A DNA stretch of 27,829 nucleotides from Spirochaetales bacterium (GCA_037142615.1 JBAXAI010000044.1:1-27829), one strand, 5' to 3'. Shown: positions 15,534-24,917, numbered from the stretch's first letter. Program-made: numbers and translations. Notes: generated from the letters alone by a model not told the origin.

Positions 15534-16660
15534 GGGGCAACCTTCGCAAAAAAGCTCAGCGCGCCGGGGGTCAGCCACGCCACCAGGGCCGCCGCGACCA
15601 GGCCGAAGCCCGCGTTGAACTCCAGGTTTCCTCGACCGCGGACGACGTTGGCGGCATCCCAGCCGACTTGGCTGCTGAGCACCGTGGCAGCCGAGTAGTC
15701 GAGCCGCGCCTGGGCCACGGTCCAGTAACCTAGCGACGACAGGCCAACGCCCAGTGTGCCGGCGGCAAGGCTTCCCCAACCGAGGCTCGCCTTCCACAGG
15801 GGCGAAAGACCAGAGTTCTTTACTGACAATGGCTTCGCGGGTGCCAGTGCTGCCGCATTCAGCACTGCCGGACTCAACGGTTCAGGGCCACGCAGTGCAG
15901 CGGGAACGAGGTAGAAGTCCTCCGACAGGCTGATGCTGTTGAAGGGCACCTGCTTGCCCCCGGTGAGGCGCTTCACCTCGCCGGTGACGCGGGTCGCCAG
16001 GTCTTGAAGCTTCAGGCTCGTGGTGAGGTACTTGAGGAGGGCCTGGGTGAAGATTCCGTTGCGTCCGTCGCCGTCGGCGGCGGTGTCGCCCGGCGCCGTC
16101 GAAAAAAGCACGGCCGAGCCCTCCACGGTGGAGCTCTGTTGCACGACGGTCAGTCCGCGGGTTGCACCCACCGAGCGGGTGGACTTTTTGACGAAGGGGT
16201 TGTCGCGGCAAGCATCGAGGATAACGACGCTGACGCTCACCCGCCCCTCGTCGAACAGGGCAAGCACCGAGGGCAACGAGATCGCGTCGCTGAGCACCTC
16301 GTCGGCGGTCTCGAAGTTCTCTCCGACAGGCAGGAGGTAGTTCAGGCCCGAGATTTGAAGGCCGTGACCCGCGTAGTAAAACAGGGCGACGGGGTTCTCG
16401 GCGGCCCTCAAGAGGTCCCGAAACTCAAAGAGGGAGCGGTTCATCGCCTTGCGGTCGCCGTTGAGGAGCGTGGTGACCGTCCAGCCGACCGACGTCAGCG
16501 CGGCTGCCACGTCGCTGGCATCGTTGGCGGGGTTGGCCAAGGCTGCCGCGCCCGCATAGTCCGCGTTGCCTATCACGAGCGCGAACCGCGCGGTCTCGGC
16601 CTGAGCCGACGAGAGCAAAAGCATCGTCATCAGCACGACCAAGGAGCGAGGAATGCGCAT
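15530..16660 (-). CDS. Exported caspase-family (peptidase C14) protein with C-terminal hydrophobic helices
   Basis: Signal peptide (..LLLSSAQA|ET); ALVIGNADY, L.NPANDA, catalytic His in YYAGHG and Cys in LDACRDNPF, NGIFTQAL, QVP. Two C-terminal hydrophobic segments. RBS AAGAGGA. Confidence 0.93.
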   Translation of the reverse strand: MRIPRSLVVLMTMLLLSSAQAETARFALVIGNADYAGAAALANPANDASDVAAALTSVGWTVTTLLNGDRKAMNRSLFEFRDLLRAAENPVALFYYAGHGLQISGLNYLLPVGENFETADEVLSDAISLPSVLALFDEGRVSVSVVILDACRDNPFVKKSTRSVGATRGLTVVQQSSTVEGSAVLFSTAPGDTAADGDGRNGIFTQALLKYLTTSLKLQDLATRVTGEVKRLTGGKQVPFNSISLSEDFYLVPAALRGPEPLSPAVLNAAALAPAKPLSVKNSGLSPLWKASLGWGSLAAGTLGVGLSSLGYWTVAQARLDYSAATVLSSQVGWDAANVVRGRGNLEFNAGFGLVAAALVAWLTPGALSFFAKVAP

Positions 16661-16678
16661 GAAGTCCTCTTTATGTGG

Positions 16679-16689
16679 ATTATATCACA
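16679..16689 (-). promoter_or_regulatory. Extended -10 promoter for the caspase-lipoprotein pair
   Basis: Minus strand TGTG-A-TATAAT, a perfect TGn-TATAAT, 18 bp upstream of the ATG in the 37-bp intergenic gap. No consensus -35. Confidence 0.7.
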
Positions 16690-16697
16690 GTGGGGAC

Positions 16698-17960
16698 TTA
16701 CCGACTGCGCCGCAGCACCGTCACGCAGTTGGTCACAGCCGAGCCGCCGACGTTGAAGGCCACCCCCACTTCGGGATGGCCCTTCGACGGCGTCGCTCCC
16801 ACGGGGTCACCTACCAACTGTTTGTACAACAGCGCGTTCATCGACACGCCTGTGGCGCCGACAGGGTGCCCTTTGGCCTTCAGGCCACCCGAGAGGTTCA
16901 CCGAAACCCGCGCGTCGTCGCGGCCAAACCGCCCGTCCAAATAGTCGTGGCCGGCTTGCCCGTCTTTCGAGAGGCCCAACGCCTCGGTCGACAGCAGTTG
17001 GTTGATCGTGAAACAGTCGTGTACTTCAGCGAGATCGACGTCGTCGGCGGTAATGCCGGCCTCGGCGAAAGCGCGGCGAACGGCCTCTTTGCCAGCCAGC
17101 AGTTCGTGCAGGTTCTGCCGCTGCGAAAGCGCCAGCCGCTCTTGGCAATGGGCGATGCCGGCGATTTGCACCACTTTGGTTCGACCCTTGGCGACCGCAT
17201 CGTTGCGGGTGATCACGAGCGCGGCCGCACCGTCGGTGACCAGCGAGCAGTCGTGCAGGCGCAGGGGATCGGCGATCATCGGGTTCTTTTCGGGCGGCAG
17301 GCCCAGAATCGCTTCGAGGGTGGTGAGGCCCAGCCGGTCCGAAGGCCCACCCTTGCCAAAGTGCGCCAGCGGGTTGTCGAGGCCATTGCGGTAGCCGAGG
17401 GCCGAGACGGCGGCCAGCATCCGTTCCAGGGTCTTGGCGTCGAGGCCGTAGTGCTGGGCGTAGCCTTTGGCATACTCAGCAAAGAGGCCAGGGAAGGTCA
17501 TTCCAGCCAAGCCTTCTTCGGGCCAATAGCTGCAAGTGGCCAGGGCGTGGGTGACGCCCTTGGTGTCGAGCAGATTCATCTTTTCGGCGCCCAGAACCAG
17601 CGCCGTCTTCACGCGGCCGGACTCGACGGCGTAGATCGCGTCGTAAAGGGCCACCGACCCCGAAGCGCAGGCGTCCTCGCAGCGGGTCATGGGCTTGTAG
17701 CGCAGGCCCACGGGGTCGATTTCGAGGGCGAACGCTGCCAGGTGTTCCTGGTTGGCAAAGAGTCCGGGAGCGCACGTGCCCAGCCAAACGCCGTCCACCT
17801 CGGAACCGGCAACGCCGGCGTCGGCAAACGCTCCACGACCGGCCTCGAGAATGAGGTCGTAGAGCGACTTGAGGTCGGTCACCTCGCCGGTCTCTTTGTT
17901 CTTTTGAACGAAGCTGCCGAACCGGGTGTTGTAGGCGCCAATGATGCTTGCAGAACTCAT
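16698..17960 (-). CDS. SCP2/SCP-x-type thiolase-family protein (acetyl-CoA acyltransferase-like), 420 aa
   Basis: ATG 17960 with AAGGAGA RBS; EDACASG nucleophile motif, DGAAA, EVHDCF, GHPVGATG, FNVGG. Confidence 0.92.
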   Translation of the reverse strand: MSSASIIGAYNTRFGSFVQKNKETGEVTDLKSLYDLILEAGRGAFADAGVAGSEVDGVWLGTCAPGLFANQEHLAAFALEIDPVGLRYKPMTRCEDACASGSVALYDAIYAVESGRVKTALVLGAEKMNLLDTKGVTHALATCSYWPEEGLAGMTFPGLFAEYAKGYAQHYGLDAKTLERMLAAVSALGYRNGLDNPLAHFGKGGPSDRLGLTTLEAILGLPPEKNPMIADPLRLHDCSLVTDGAAALVITRNDAVAKGRTKVVQIAGIAHCQERLALSQRQNLHELLAGKEAVRRAFAEAGITADDVDLAEVHDCFTINQLLSTEALGLSKDGQAGHDYLDGRFGRDDARVSVNLSGGLKAKGHPVGATGVSMNALLYKQLVGDPVGATPSKGHPEVGVAFNVGGSAVTNCVTVLRRSR

Positions 17961-17982
17961 GGGTTTCTCCTTGGGGAAGTTT

Positions 17983-18288
17983 TCAGCGGTAGTGTGCGCG
18001 GTAAGCCAGGAACAGCCCGATGGCGTACAGCAGCGGCACCCCGCCGGCAAACGCCAACCTCAACACGGGCACGCCGCCGGGCTGCCAACTATCGAGGGCG
18101 TACAGGCCGAGGCTGTCGACAAAGTCGAGCAGCACTTTGACGTACGCGAGCAGTGTTGCCAGGATGATGAACACCCAGGCCGGCTGCCGGTTGTGCGCCC
18201 AAAGCATGATTCCAGCCACGCAGGCGGAAAAACCAAAGACCATTTTCACGGCCCATTCCAAGGTCACGCCGGGAATCAGCAACTCCAT
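17983..18288 (-). CDS. Small membrane protein of unknown function (101 aa, ~3 TM)
   Basis: ATG overlaps the upstream stop (TGATG), with GGAGG upstream; three hydrophobic segments. Confidence 0.75.
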   Translation of the reverse strand: MELLIPGVTLEWAVKMVFGFSACVAGIMLWAHNRQPAWVFIILATLLAYVKVLLDFVDSLGLYALDSWQPGGVPVLRLAFAGGVPLLYAIGLFLAYRAHYR

Positions 18289-19160
18289 CACGACCCTCCC
18301 GGACCCGTGTCGGCCAGAAACTTCTCCCCGGCGGTACGAAAGGCCTTCCACTCACCTTCGCTGAGTTCGGGGGGCAGAACCGATTCCTGGTCCTGGTCGG
18401 GGCTGAGGACGAAGCCGGCTTCGAGGAAGGTCGTGAACAGGCGCTCGTAGTCCTCTGGCTCACAGGTGGCCTCGAACCAAGGGCCACTGCGACGGAAGAA
18501 GCCCAGCTGGCTCGCATGTCGGTCAAATTGCTTGCCAACTGCGGTCAGGGCCGCAAGGAAGTTCGCATCGCCCTGCTTGCGCCTGAGCGTCACGGCCGCG
18601 CGGACAAGGGCCGCTGCCTCGGTCACGGCAACCAGCGGGGCCGGGGGCAGGTCGCCGACCACATTCAACTTCGGCCCAAGGATAACGGGAAAAGCCGTCG
18701 CAGGGCCGGCAGGAAGCCTCGGTAGCACCACGCCCTTCCAGGGCGACTTGGCGAGCTTAGGGTAGTTTCCCAATCCGGGCGGGTCGTCACCCGAAAAAGG
18801 CAGCCAGCGGGCCCGCTTGGCGTCCTGAAAAGTGAAGGTTTCGCCGCCCCAGGCTTCGAGAGCTTGAACGGCCGACTCTTCGTTGGCGTAAAGGCGCAAC
18901 GTGCCCTTGGCCTCGCCATAGCCCAAAAGGTCGTTCAGGTGCGTCTCCAGGCGTGCGGTCCAGCGGGAGGGCAAAACGGCGGCCAACCCCTTGTCGAGCT
19001 GGTTCTTCCACTCGCGGGCGGCGCCTTCGGGGCGGTGACCCAACAGCCAAGCTCCACTTTGCTTCCACAGGTCGACCCAATGGCGCTCGTTGGCGTACAG
19101 GCGGTCGCCGCGCGCTCGGCGGATGGGGGGAAGAAGCTGGATCAGCGAAGTGTCAATCAT
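18288..19160 (-). CDS. Conserved hypothetical protein, degenerate PLP-dependent aminotransferase class-III-like fold (290 aa)
   Basis: N-terminal IRRARGDRLY....WVDLW...G..LLGH resembles the start of class-III aminotransferases. The start overlaps the uvrD stop by 8 bp, so it is operonic. Confidence 0.75.
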   Translation of the reverse strand: MIDTSLIQLLPPIRRARGDRLYANERHWVDLWKQSGAWLLGHRPEGAAREWKNQLDKGLAAVLPSRWTARLETHLNDLLGYGEAKGTLRLYANEESAVQALEAWGGETFTFQDAKRARWLPFSGDDPPGLGNYPKLAKSPWKGVVLPRLPAGPATAFPVILGPKLNVVGDLPPAPLVAVTEAAALVRAAVTLRRKQGDANFLAALTAVGKQFDRHASQLGFFRRSGPWFEATCEPEDYERLFTTFLEAGFVLSPDQDQESVLPPELSEGEWKAFRTAGEKFLADTGPGGS

Positions 19161-21252
19161 CGTTTGCCATCTTCTCCAGGGGCGTGTAGGCCGGTAGAAA
19201 GCGCCCCATCCGCCCGCTGTCAAAGCGGACGTCGAGCGCGAGCTCGCCCGCATTATACCACTTTTTCACCACGGTACCGGAGCCGAAGTCGTCATGAAAC
19301 ACGCGCTGTCCAGGAACCCAGCCGTCGTTTCCCGGCCCGGCGGCAGAGCCGACTTGCCCCAGACCATCGACGTCGGTAGGCGCAATCTCGGCCAAGAACC
19401 GGCTGGGACTTCGGTCAAGGAACCGGCCGTGCAGAAGCCGCCGCTTGCAGGCGGTGAAGTACAACTCCTTGCGGGCGCGGGTGATGGCCACGTAGAACAG
19501 GCGGCGCTCTTCTTCGAGCTCGTCGCGGTCGTACGCCGTTTCGTCGCGGGGGAACAGGCCATCCTCGAGCCCTGTTACCAGAACCCGGTCGAACTCCAGG
19601 CCCTTGGTGTTGTGCATGGTGATTAACGTGACGGTGCCGGGCTTGTCTTCTTCGGTCTCCTGGCTGGCGGCGGCGTCGAGTTCGATGGTCTCGAGGAACT
19701 GCGCCAGGCCCTCGCGGCTGCCGGCAAAGGGCGTTGCTGCGCTCACCAGCTCGTCGAGATTCTGGCCGCGACTGGTGGCCTGCACTTCGTCCTGCGCCTG
19801 ATGGTACTCGGCCAAGCCCGACTTCCCGATGATCTCGCCAACCACGGGAGCCAGGTGCTCGGCCCCCTCGAGCAGTCTGCCAAGGTCGGCGGCAAGCGTC
19901 AGGAAGTTGCTCAGCCCGCCCTTGGCCTTGCCCTTCATATCACCCAGAGCCAGGCCACAGGCGTCGAGCCAGTTGTTCGCAAAGCCCAAGCGGTTCTCGA
20001 TGTGCCCCAGGGCCGTGGCTCCCAGCCCGCGGGCGGGCTTGTTGATGATGCGCCCGAAGGCCACCGCGTCGCGCGGGTTGTTCAAAAACGCCAACCACGC
20101 CAGCACGTCCTTGATTTCTTCCCGGGCAAAAAAGCGCACGCTGCCAACGATCTTGTACGGGATCTTGGCGCGGACAAAAATCGCCTCAAAGGCGCGCGAC
20201 TGCGCGTTGGTGCGGTACAAAATGGCCGTCTCGGTCAACGGTGAGCGACGAATCAGGTCGAGGGCCCACTGCGCCTCGGCGTCCTGGTCCTCGGTGAGCA
20301 CAAAGCGCGGCTTGTTGCCCTCGGGGTTCTGCGTCCACAAAGTCTTGCCCAGACGCCCCTGATTCTTGGCCACCACTTGGCTCGCCACGGCCAAAATGTG
20401 CCCTGTGGAACGGTAATTCTGCTCCAGCCGAATCACGGTGGTCCCCGGGAACCGGTCCTGGAAGTCCAGAATGTGCCCCACGTCGGCACCCCGAAAGCGA
20501 TAAATGGACTGGTCGTCGTCGCCCACCACCCCCAGCCAGGTTTCGGCCCCCGCAAGTTCCTTCAGCAGTTCAAACTGGGCGCCGTTGCAGTCCTGGTACT
20601 CATCGACGAGCACCACCTGGAACTTCTGCCGGATGCGGCCCTGAAAGGCTGGATTGTTCCGCAGCAACTGAACGCTCTTCTGGATGAGGCCGCCAAAGTC
20701 CACGTTCCCGCTGGCGGTCAGCTTTTCCTCGTACAGCCGGAACACCTCGGGGAGGTCGGGGTGAGCGCTGACGCGGACCAAGTCCTGTTCGGGCGTCAGG
20801 TTGTCGTCTTTGCAGCGGCTGATCCAGTGGGCAAACTGCCGCGCCTCGGCCGGAGGGATCTTGGCAGGCAGGATGGACTTGACCAGCGAAAGCGCGTCGT
20901 CATCGTCGTAGATGCTGAAGTAAGGGTCGAGGCCCGCCAGCGCGGCGTTGCGGCGCAGCAACCAAGCGCAAAAACTGTGAAACGTTTTGACCATGGGCGA
21001 GCGGTCGCCCGCGTTGCCTTCGGCGCCGAGCAGTTTGCTCACACGCTCGTGCATCTCACGGGCGGCTTTGTTGGTAAACGTAACGGCCAAAATGCTGTCG
21101 GGGGCAAACTGCATTTCGCGGATAAGCCAGGCGATGCGCAGGGTCACCACGCGGGTTTTGCCCGAGCCCGCACCAGCCAGAATCAGCAGCGGAGCCTTGC
21201 CGTGAACAACGGCTTCCCGCTGGCGCTCGTTGAGCAACTCCAGGTCGTTCAT
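19153..21252 (-). CDS. uvrD: ATP-dependent DNA helicase UvrD/PcrA
   Basis: AGAGSGKT, TFTNKAA, VDEYQD, GDDDQSIYRFRGA, LEQNYRST, TMHNTKGLEF, EERRLFYVAITRA; C-terminal RVFHDDFGSG Tudor-like domain. Confidence 0.97.
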   Translation of the reverse strand: MNDLELLNERQREAVVHGKAPLLILAGAGSGKTRVVTLRIAWLIREMQFAPDSILAVTFTNKAAREMHERVSKLLGAEGNAGDRSPMVKTFHSFCAWLLRRNAALAGLDPYFSIYDDDDALSLVKSILPAKIPPAEARQFAHWISRCKDDNLTPEQDLVRVSAHPDLPEVFRLYEEKLTASGNVDFGGLIQKSVQLLRNNPAFQGRIRQKFQVVLVDEYQDCNGAQFELLKELAGAETWLGVVGDDDQSIYRFRGADVGHILDFQDRFPGTTVIRLEQNYRSTGHILAVASQVVAKNQGRLGKTLWTQNPEGNKPRFVLTEDQDAEAQWALDLIRRSPLTETAILYRTNAQSRAFEAIFVRAKIPYKIVGSVRFFAREEIKDVLAWLAFLNNPRDAVAFGRIINKPARGLGATALGHIENRLGFANNWLDACGLALGDMKGKAKGGLSNFLTLAADLGRLLEGAEHLAPVVGEIIGKSGLAEYHQAQDEVQATSRGQNLDELVSAATPFAGSREGLAQFLETIELDAAASQETEEDKPGTVTLITMHNTKGLEFDRVLVTGLEDGLFPRDETAYDRDELEEERRLFYVAITRARKELYFTACKRRLLHGRFLDRSPSRFLAEIAPTDVDGLGQVGSAAGPGNDGWVPGQRVFHDDFGSGTVVKKWYNAGELALDVRFDSGRMGRFLPAYTPLEKMANDD

Positions 21253-21262
21253 GACGGCCTGA

Positions 21263-22384
21263 TCAGTTCAGCGGATTGGCGACGAGGAGACTCTTGCCGG
21301 TGTCGTCTTTGCCCCACTCGATGGTGCGGGCGACGACTTCGCCGCTGCGGCCGATCTCGAAGTCGGTGGTGGCGTTGACCTTGCCGGCGAAGGCCCCGGC
21401 GTTGCTCACCCAGATCTTGATCTTGCGGCTGGCGTCGATGCGCACGGTATCGCCCTTGTGGAAGTAGGCCTCTTCGCGAAGGTTGTCGTCGGTGACGTAG
21501 CGGAACAGCGCGTAGCCCCGGAAGGTCACGTCGACGGTGAACGGCTTGGGGGTCACGTCGGTCAGGATCACGATGGGCTTTTGCTCCACGCTGGCTCCCG
21601 AAACCGTGCCGGCGGCGGCCATGCCGGGTTTGACTTCGTCGCCCAAATTGGTCGGCGCCGAGGCCAGGGTGGAAGCCGTGGCCACCAACCGCTCAAAGGC
21701 AAACTCCGCGCCTCGGTTGGGCTCGGCGGGCACGACGTCCTTGAGGAAAAGGCGCAAATCGTTGACGTTGTCGCTGTTCAGGTCGAGGAACAACTCGTCG
21801 CCCAGGTGAAGCTTGTAGTCGCCGGGAGCTCCCGAAAGTATCGTCTCGTCACCAATGGCCTTGAGGGTGAACGTGAACGACTGTCCCTGGTCTTCGAGGG
21901 CCACGGTGTCACCCGTGTAAAGCCGCTGGGTCAAAGCTTTTTTGTCGGCGGTCAGGGTGAAATTGCGAGGTTCTTTGGGGGCCGAGGCGGAAGCCAAGGC
22001 CTTGGGAAGGCCCGCGACGAACTCGAAGGCGGGCGGAACCACAAACACAACGATGGCGGACAGAACAAGCAGGACTCCACCGCCCAAAAGGACGCGCGAA
22101 GGCCACGGGCTGGGCTTGCGGATCAGCTCTTCCATCGGAGCCGGCTGTTCCTGAATCTTGACCGTGCGGTACTTGGCAATGATTTCTTCGGTGTTGAGGC
22201 CCAAGTGCTCGCTGTAGTTCCGCAAAAAGCCAATGACGTAGGGCTCGGCAGGGAAAACCTCGTGTTTGTCTTCCTCAAGGGCCACGATGAAATGGCGCGA
22301 GATGTTGGTGTCGCGGGAAACCTGATCGAGACTGATACCGCGTTCTTCGCGGGCCAGCCGCAGAAACTGTCCAATGGATTCCAT
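21263..22384 (-). CDS. RodZ-like membrane protein (N-terminal HTH, one TM, periplasmic domain)
   Basis: MESIGQFLRLAREERGISLDQVSRDTNI...ALEE...P.EPYVIGFLRNYSEHLGL HTH, then a TM and a C-terminal SNAGA motif. Directly downstream of lolA. Alternative TTG start at 22390. Confidence 0.88.
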   Translation of the reverse strand: MESIGQFLRLAREERGISLDQVSRDTNISRHFIVALEEDKHEVFPAEPYVIGFLRNYSEHLGLNTEEIIAKYRTVKIQEQPAPMEELIRKPSPWPSRVLLGGGVLLVLSAIVVFVVPPAFEFVAGLPKALASASAPKEPRNFTLTADKKALTQRLYTGDTVALEDQGQSFTFTLKAIGDETILSGAPGDYKLHLGDELFLDLNSDNVNDLRLFLKDVVPAEPNRGAEFAFERLVATASTLASAPTNLGDEVKPGMAAAGTVSGASVEQKPIVILTDVTPKPFTVDVTFRGYALFRYVTDDNLREEAYFHKGDTVRIDASRKIKIWVSNAGAFAGKVNATTDFEIGRSGEVVARTIEWGKDDTGKSLLVANPLN

Positions 22385-22386
22385 GG

Positions 22387-23058
22387 TCAACCTTCGGGTG
22401 TAAAGAGGAAATTGTTGATGCGGTTTGACGTCGCAGGGCTGTCGTACTCAAAGCGGCTGTCAGGCACGCCGATGTTGGTCTTGATCGCGGTGAAATCGAA
22501 CTGAACGGTTTGTTGGGCCGCCGTGAGCCCGACGATACGTCGGATGAAGCCGTTGCCGCCCACATCGAGTTCCAACTGCCGGAAGGCCTGATTGCCAGAA
22601 CGCCAGGTCAGCTTGAGCCGGGTGACCTTTTCGGCGCTGGCGTCTTCCAGTGCTTCCAGCGCGGGCCCGTTCACGTAACTGATGGAATAGCTGGATTTGA
22701 GCAGCGTCAAACCTTGTTTGCTGGCCATGGCGGCGATGGCGGCGTCGCTGCGGTTCTTCAGCTCTTGCGAGAACGAGACCGAATAGCGGGGAAGGTAGAC
22801 GGTGAGGGTTTTGCCGTCGCTGTTGATCACCTGCTGCGAGGGGTTGCTGAAGGTGATGTTGAGCTTGTTCGGATTCTTGTAGTACAGCGTGCCGTCCATG
22901 GTCGTTTTGCCTTGGGCGATGCCAACGTGCGCGGAGTAGTCGTTCACCGACCCGTACTTTTCGCTCACCGTGTTGAAAAACTGCGCGGCGGTCACGATGT
23001 CCTGGGAAAACACGGGGAGAGCCAAGGACAGGAGTGCCAGCAGGACCAAGGGTTTCAA
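22387..23058 (-). CDS. lolA: Outer-membrane lipoprotein carrier LolA-family protein
   Basis: Signal peptide; GTLYYKNPNKL.I.F..P..Q.I.SDGKTL.VY.P and N.GVPDSRF motifs; TTG start with GAGGT RBS. Confidence 0.88.
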   Translation of the reverse strand: MKPLVLLALLSLALPVFSQDIVTAAQFFNTVSEKYGSVNDYSAHVGIAQGKTTMDGTLYYKNPNKLNITFSNPSQQVINSDGKTLTVYLPRYSVSFSQELKNRSDAAIAAMASKQGLTLLKSSYSISYVNGPALEALEDASAEKVTRLKLTWRSGNQAFRQLELDVGGNGFIRRIVGLTAAQQTVQFDFTAIKTNIGVPDSRFEYDSPATSNRINNFLFTPEG

Positions 23059-23145
23059 ACGCGGTACCTCACCCCCTTTCGTAACCCACTTTGACTTGCT
23101 TCGTCAAGGATACCGAACTAGAGTGGTGGCACCGGAGGGCTCGCT

Positions 23146-23850
23146 TTGACGCACGAAACCACCATTATCTCGCTCGGCGGATCGATCATCGCACCCAATC
23201 AGGTCGATACCGCGTTTCTCAAAGCTTTCCGCGAACTGGTCGTCGGCTGGCTCGACGAGAAGGTCGGCCGCCGGGTCGTACTCATCACCGGAGGCGGCGC
23301 CCCTGCCCGCGTGTATCAGGAAGCGTACCGAAGCGTCACCGGGCAGGCCGACACCGAGGCCCAGGACTGGATCGGCATCGCCGCCACCCGCCTCAACGGA
23401 GCGCTGGTGAAGGCCGTTTTCGGCGCCGACTGCACCACGGCGGTGGTCACCGATCCCACCGCCGAGTTTGAATGGACCAGCCGCGTGCTGGTAGCCGCCG
23501 GTTGGAAGCCCGGCTTTTCGACCGACTTCGACGCCGTGATGATCGCCGAGCGCTTTGGGGCCGGCACCGTGATCAACCTCAGCAACATCGCGCAGGTGTA
23601 CACCGGCGATCCTCGCAAGAATCCCAACGCAAAGCCGCTCGAGCGGGTCACCTGGCCCGAGTTTCAGCGCATCGTCGGCACGGAGTGGAAGCCGGGCCTC
23701 AACGCCCCCTTCGACCCCATCGCCACCACCAAGGCGGCCGGGTTGGGCCTCACGGTGTATATGGCGGCCGGGGCCGATCTGCCCAATCTGGGCAAGATCC
23801 TGCGCGGCCAGGCCTTTTTTGGCACCGTGATCTCGGGAACGGGCCGATGA
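23146..23850 (+). CDS. pyrH: UMP kinase, archaeal-like type
   Basis: ISLGGS, TGGG..AR.YQ, D.IGIAATRLN, GWKPGFSTD.DA, VYTGDPRKNPNA, PGLNAPFDP; GGAGG RBS before TTG. Confidence 0.95.
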   Translation: MTHETTIISLGGSIIAPNQVDTAFLKAFRELVVGWLDEKVGRRVVLITGGGAPARVYQEAYRSVTGQADTEAQDWIGIAATRLNGALVKAVFGADCTTAVVTDPTAEFEWTSRVLVAAGWKPGFSTDFDAVMIAERFGAGTVINLSNIAQVYTGDPRKNPNAKPLERVTWPEFQRIVGTEWKPGLNAPFDPIATTKAAGLGLTVYMAAGADLPNLGKILRGQAFFGTVISGTGR

Positions 23851-24917
23851 AGCGCGAATGGTACCAGCCGACAGGCCACTGGGACCGCTACATTCTGGCG
23901 GGCGATGTGGGCGGCACCAACACCAACCTGGGGCTGGTGGGGGCACGGGGCGATCGCCTCGAACTGCTGTTTGAGCTCGAAACCCCCAGCAAGAACGTGA
24001 CCGACTTCCCGTCGCTGGTGAAGCAGACCTTGGCCGAGTTGGGCGCTGAGCGCCCCGACGCGAAGATCGACCTGGTCAGCATCGGCGCCAACGGTCCCGT
24101 GAAAGACAACCATTGCCATATTCACAACCTCAACTGGCAGATCAGCGGCGCCGAAGTGAAGGCCGCCACCGGCCTGCCGACAGCCATCGTGAACGACTTC
24201 ACGTCGGTGAGCTACGCCTTGCCCTTCGTCGCGGTGAACGATGCCGAACAAGCGGCCGTGCTCCACGCCGTTGCCTTGCCTGGCCGCAGTGATCAGGCGG
24301 CCTCGGTGCGCGCGGTGATCGGCGCCGGCACTGGCATGGGCGTGGGCATCCTCACTCAGCAGGGCAGCCACTACACGGCCCTGCCGTCGGAGGGCGGCCA
24401 CATCGACTTTGCTCCTTTCGACGACGACAGTTTGGCCTTTCACGGTTGGCTGATGCGCGAGTTCGGCACCGTGCCCAGCGTCGAACTCGCCTGTTCGGGC
24501 ATCGGACTGCGCAATTTGTACCGTTTTGCTCTCGCCTCGGGCTGGATCACGGCGGCGTCACCGCTCAAGGCTGCGGTCGAAAAGGCCGGGCTGGAAGACG
24601 CTCCACGACAGATTGCCCAACTTGCGACCAGCGACGCCAGCGCCAAGCGCCTGATGCAGAACTTCATCCGCCTCTATGCGCGGTTTGCCGCCAATATCGC
24701 GATGACGACTCTCCCGCACGCGGGCCTGTATTTGGCCGGGGGCATCGGCAGCAAAAACCTCGCTTGGTTCCGCGACGGAAACCTGTTCGAACAAACCTAC
24801 CTGACGCACAACAACCGCGTCGTCCGGGAGTTTCTCGAAGGCATCCCTGTGTACATGATCCTGAATTACAACACCGCGCTGGTCGGGGCCGCCAACGCCG
24901 GGATCAACCTGCTTTGA
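23847..24917 (+). CDS. glk: Glucokinase (Glk family), 356 aa
   Basis: ATG overlaps the pyrH stop (ATGA); GDVGGTNT, VNDF, GAGTGMG, SEGGH.DFAP, GLYLAGGI. Confidence 0.93.
   Translation: MKREWYQPTGHWDRYILAGDVGGTNTNLGLVGARGDRLELLFELETPSKNVTDFPSLVKQTLAELGAERPDAKIDLVSIGANGPVKDNHCHIHNLNWQISGAEVKAATGLPTAIVNDFTSVSYALPFVAVNDAEQAAVLHAVALPGRSDQAASVRAVIGAGTGMGVGILTQQGSHYTALPSEGGHIDFAPFDDDSLAFHGWLMREFGTVPSVELACSGIGLRNLYRFALASGWITAASPLKAAVEKAGLEDAPRQIAQLATSDASAKRLMQNFIRLYARFAANIAMTTLPHAGLYLAGGIGSKNLAWFRDGNLFEQTYLTHNNRVVREFLEGIPVYMILNYNTALVGAANAGINLL

Noticed and set aside
15534-15797. N-terminal extension of the 728-aa ORF (similar over-extensions at 18050, 18351, 19253, 23472, 24446, 25782)
   Set aside because: The extensions overlap neighbouring genes. 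RBSs, start/stop overlaps and signal peptides support the shorter starts.
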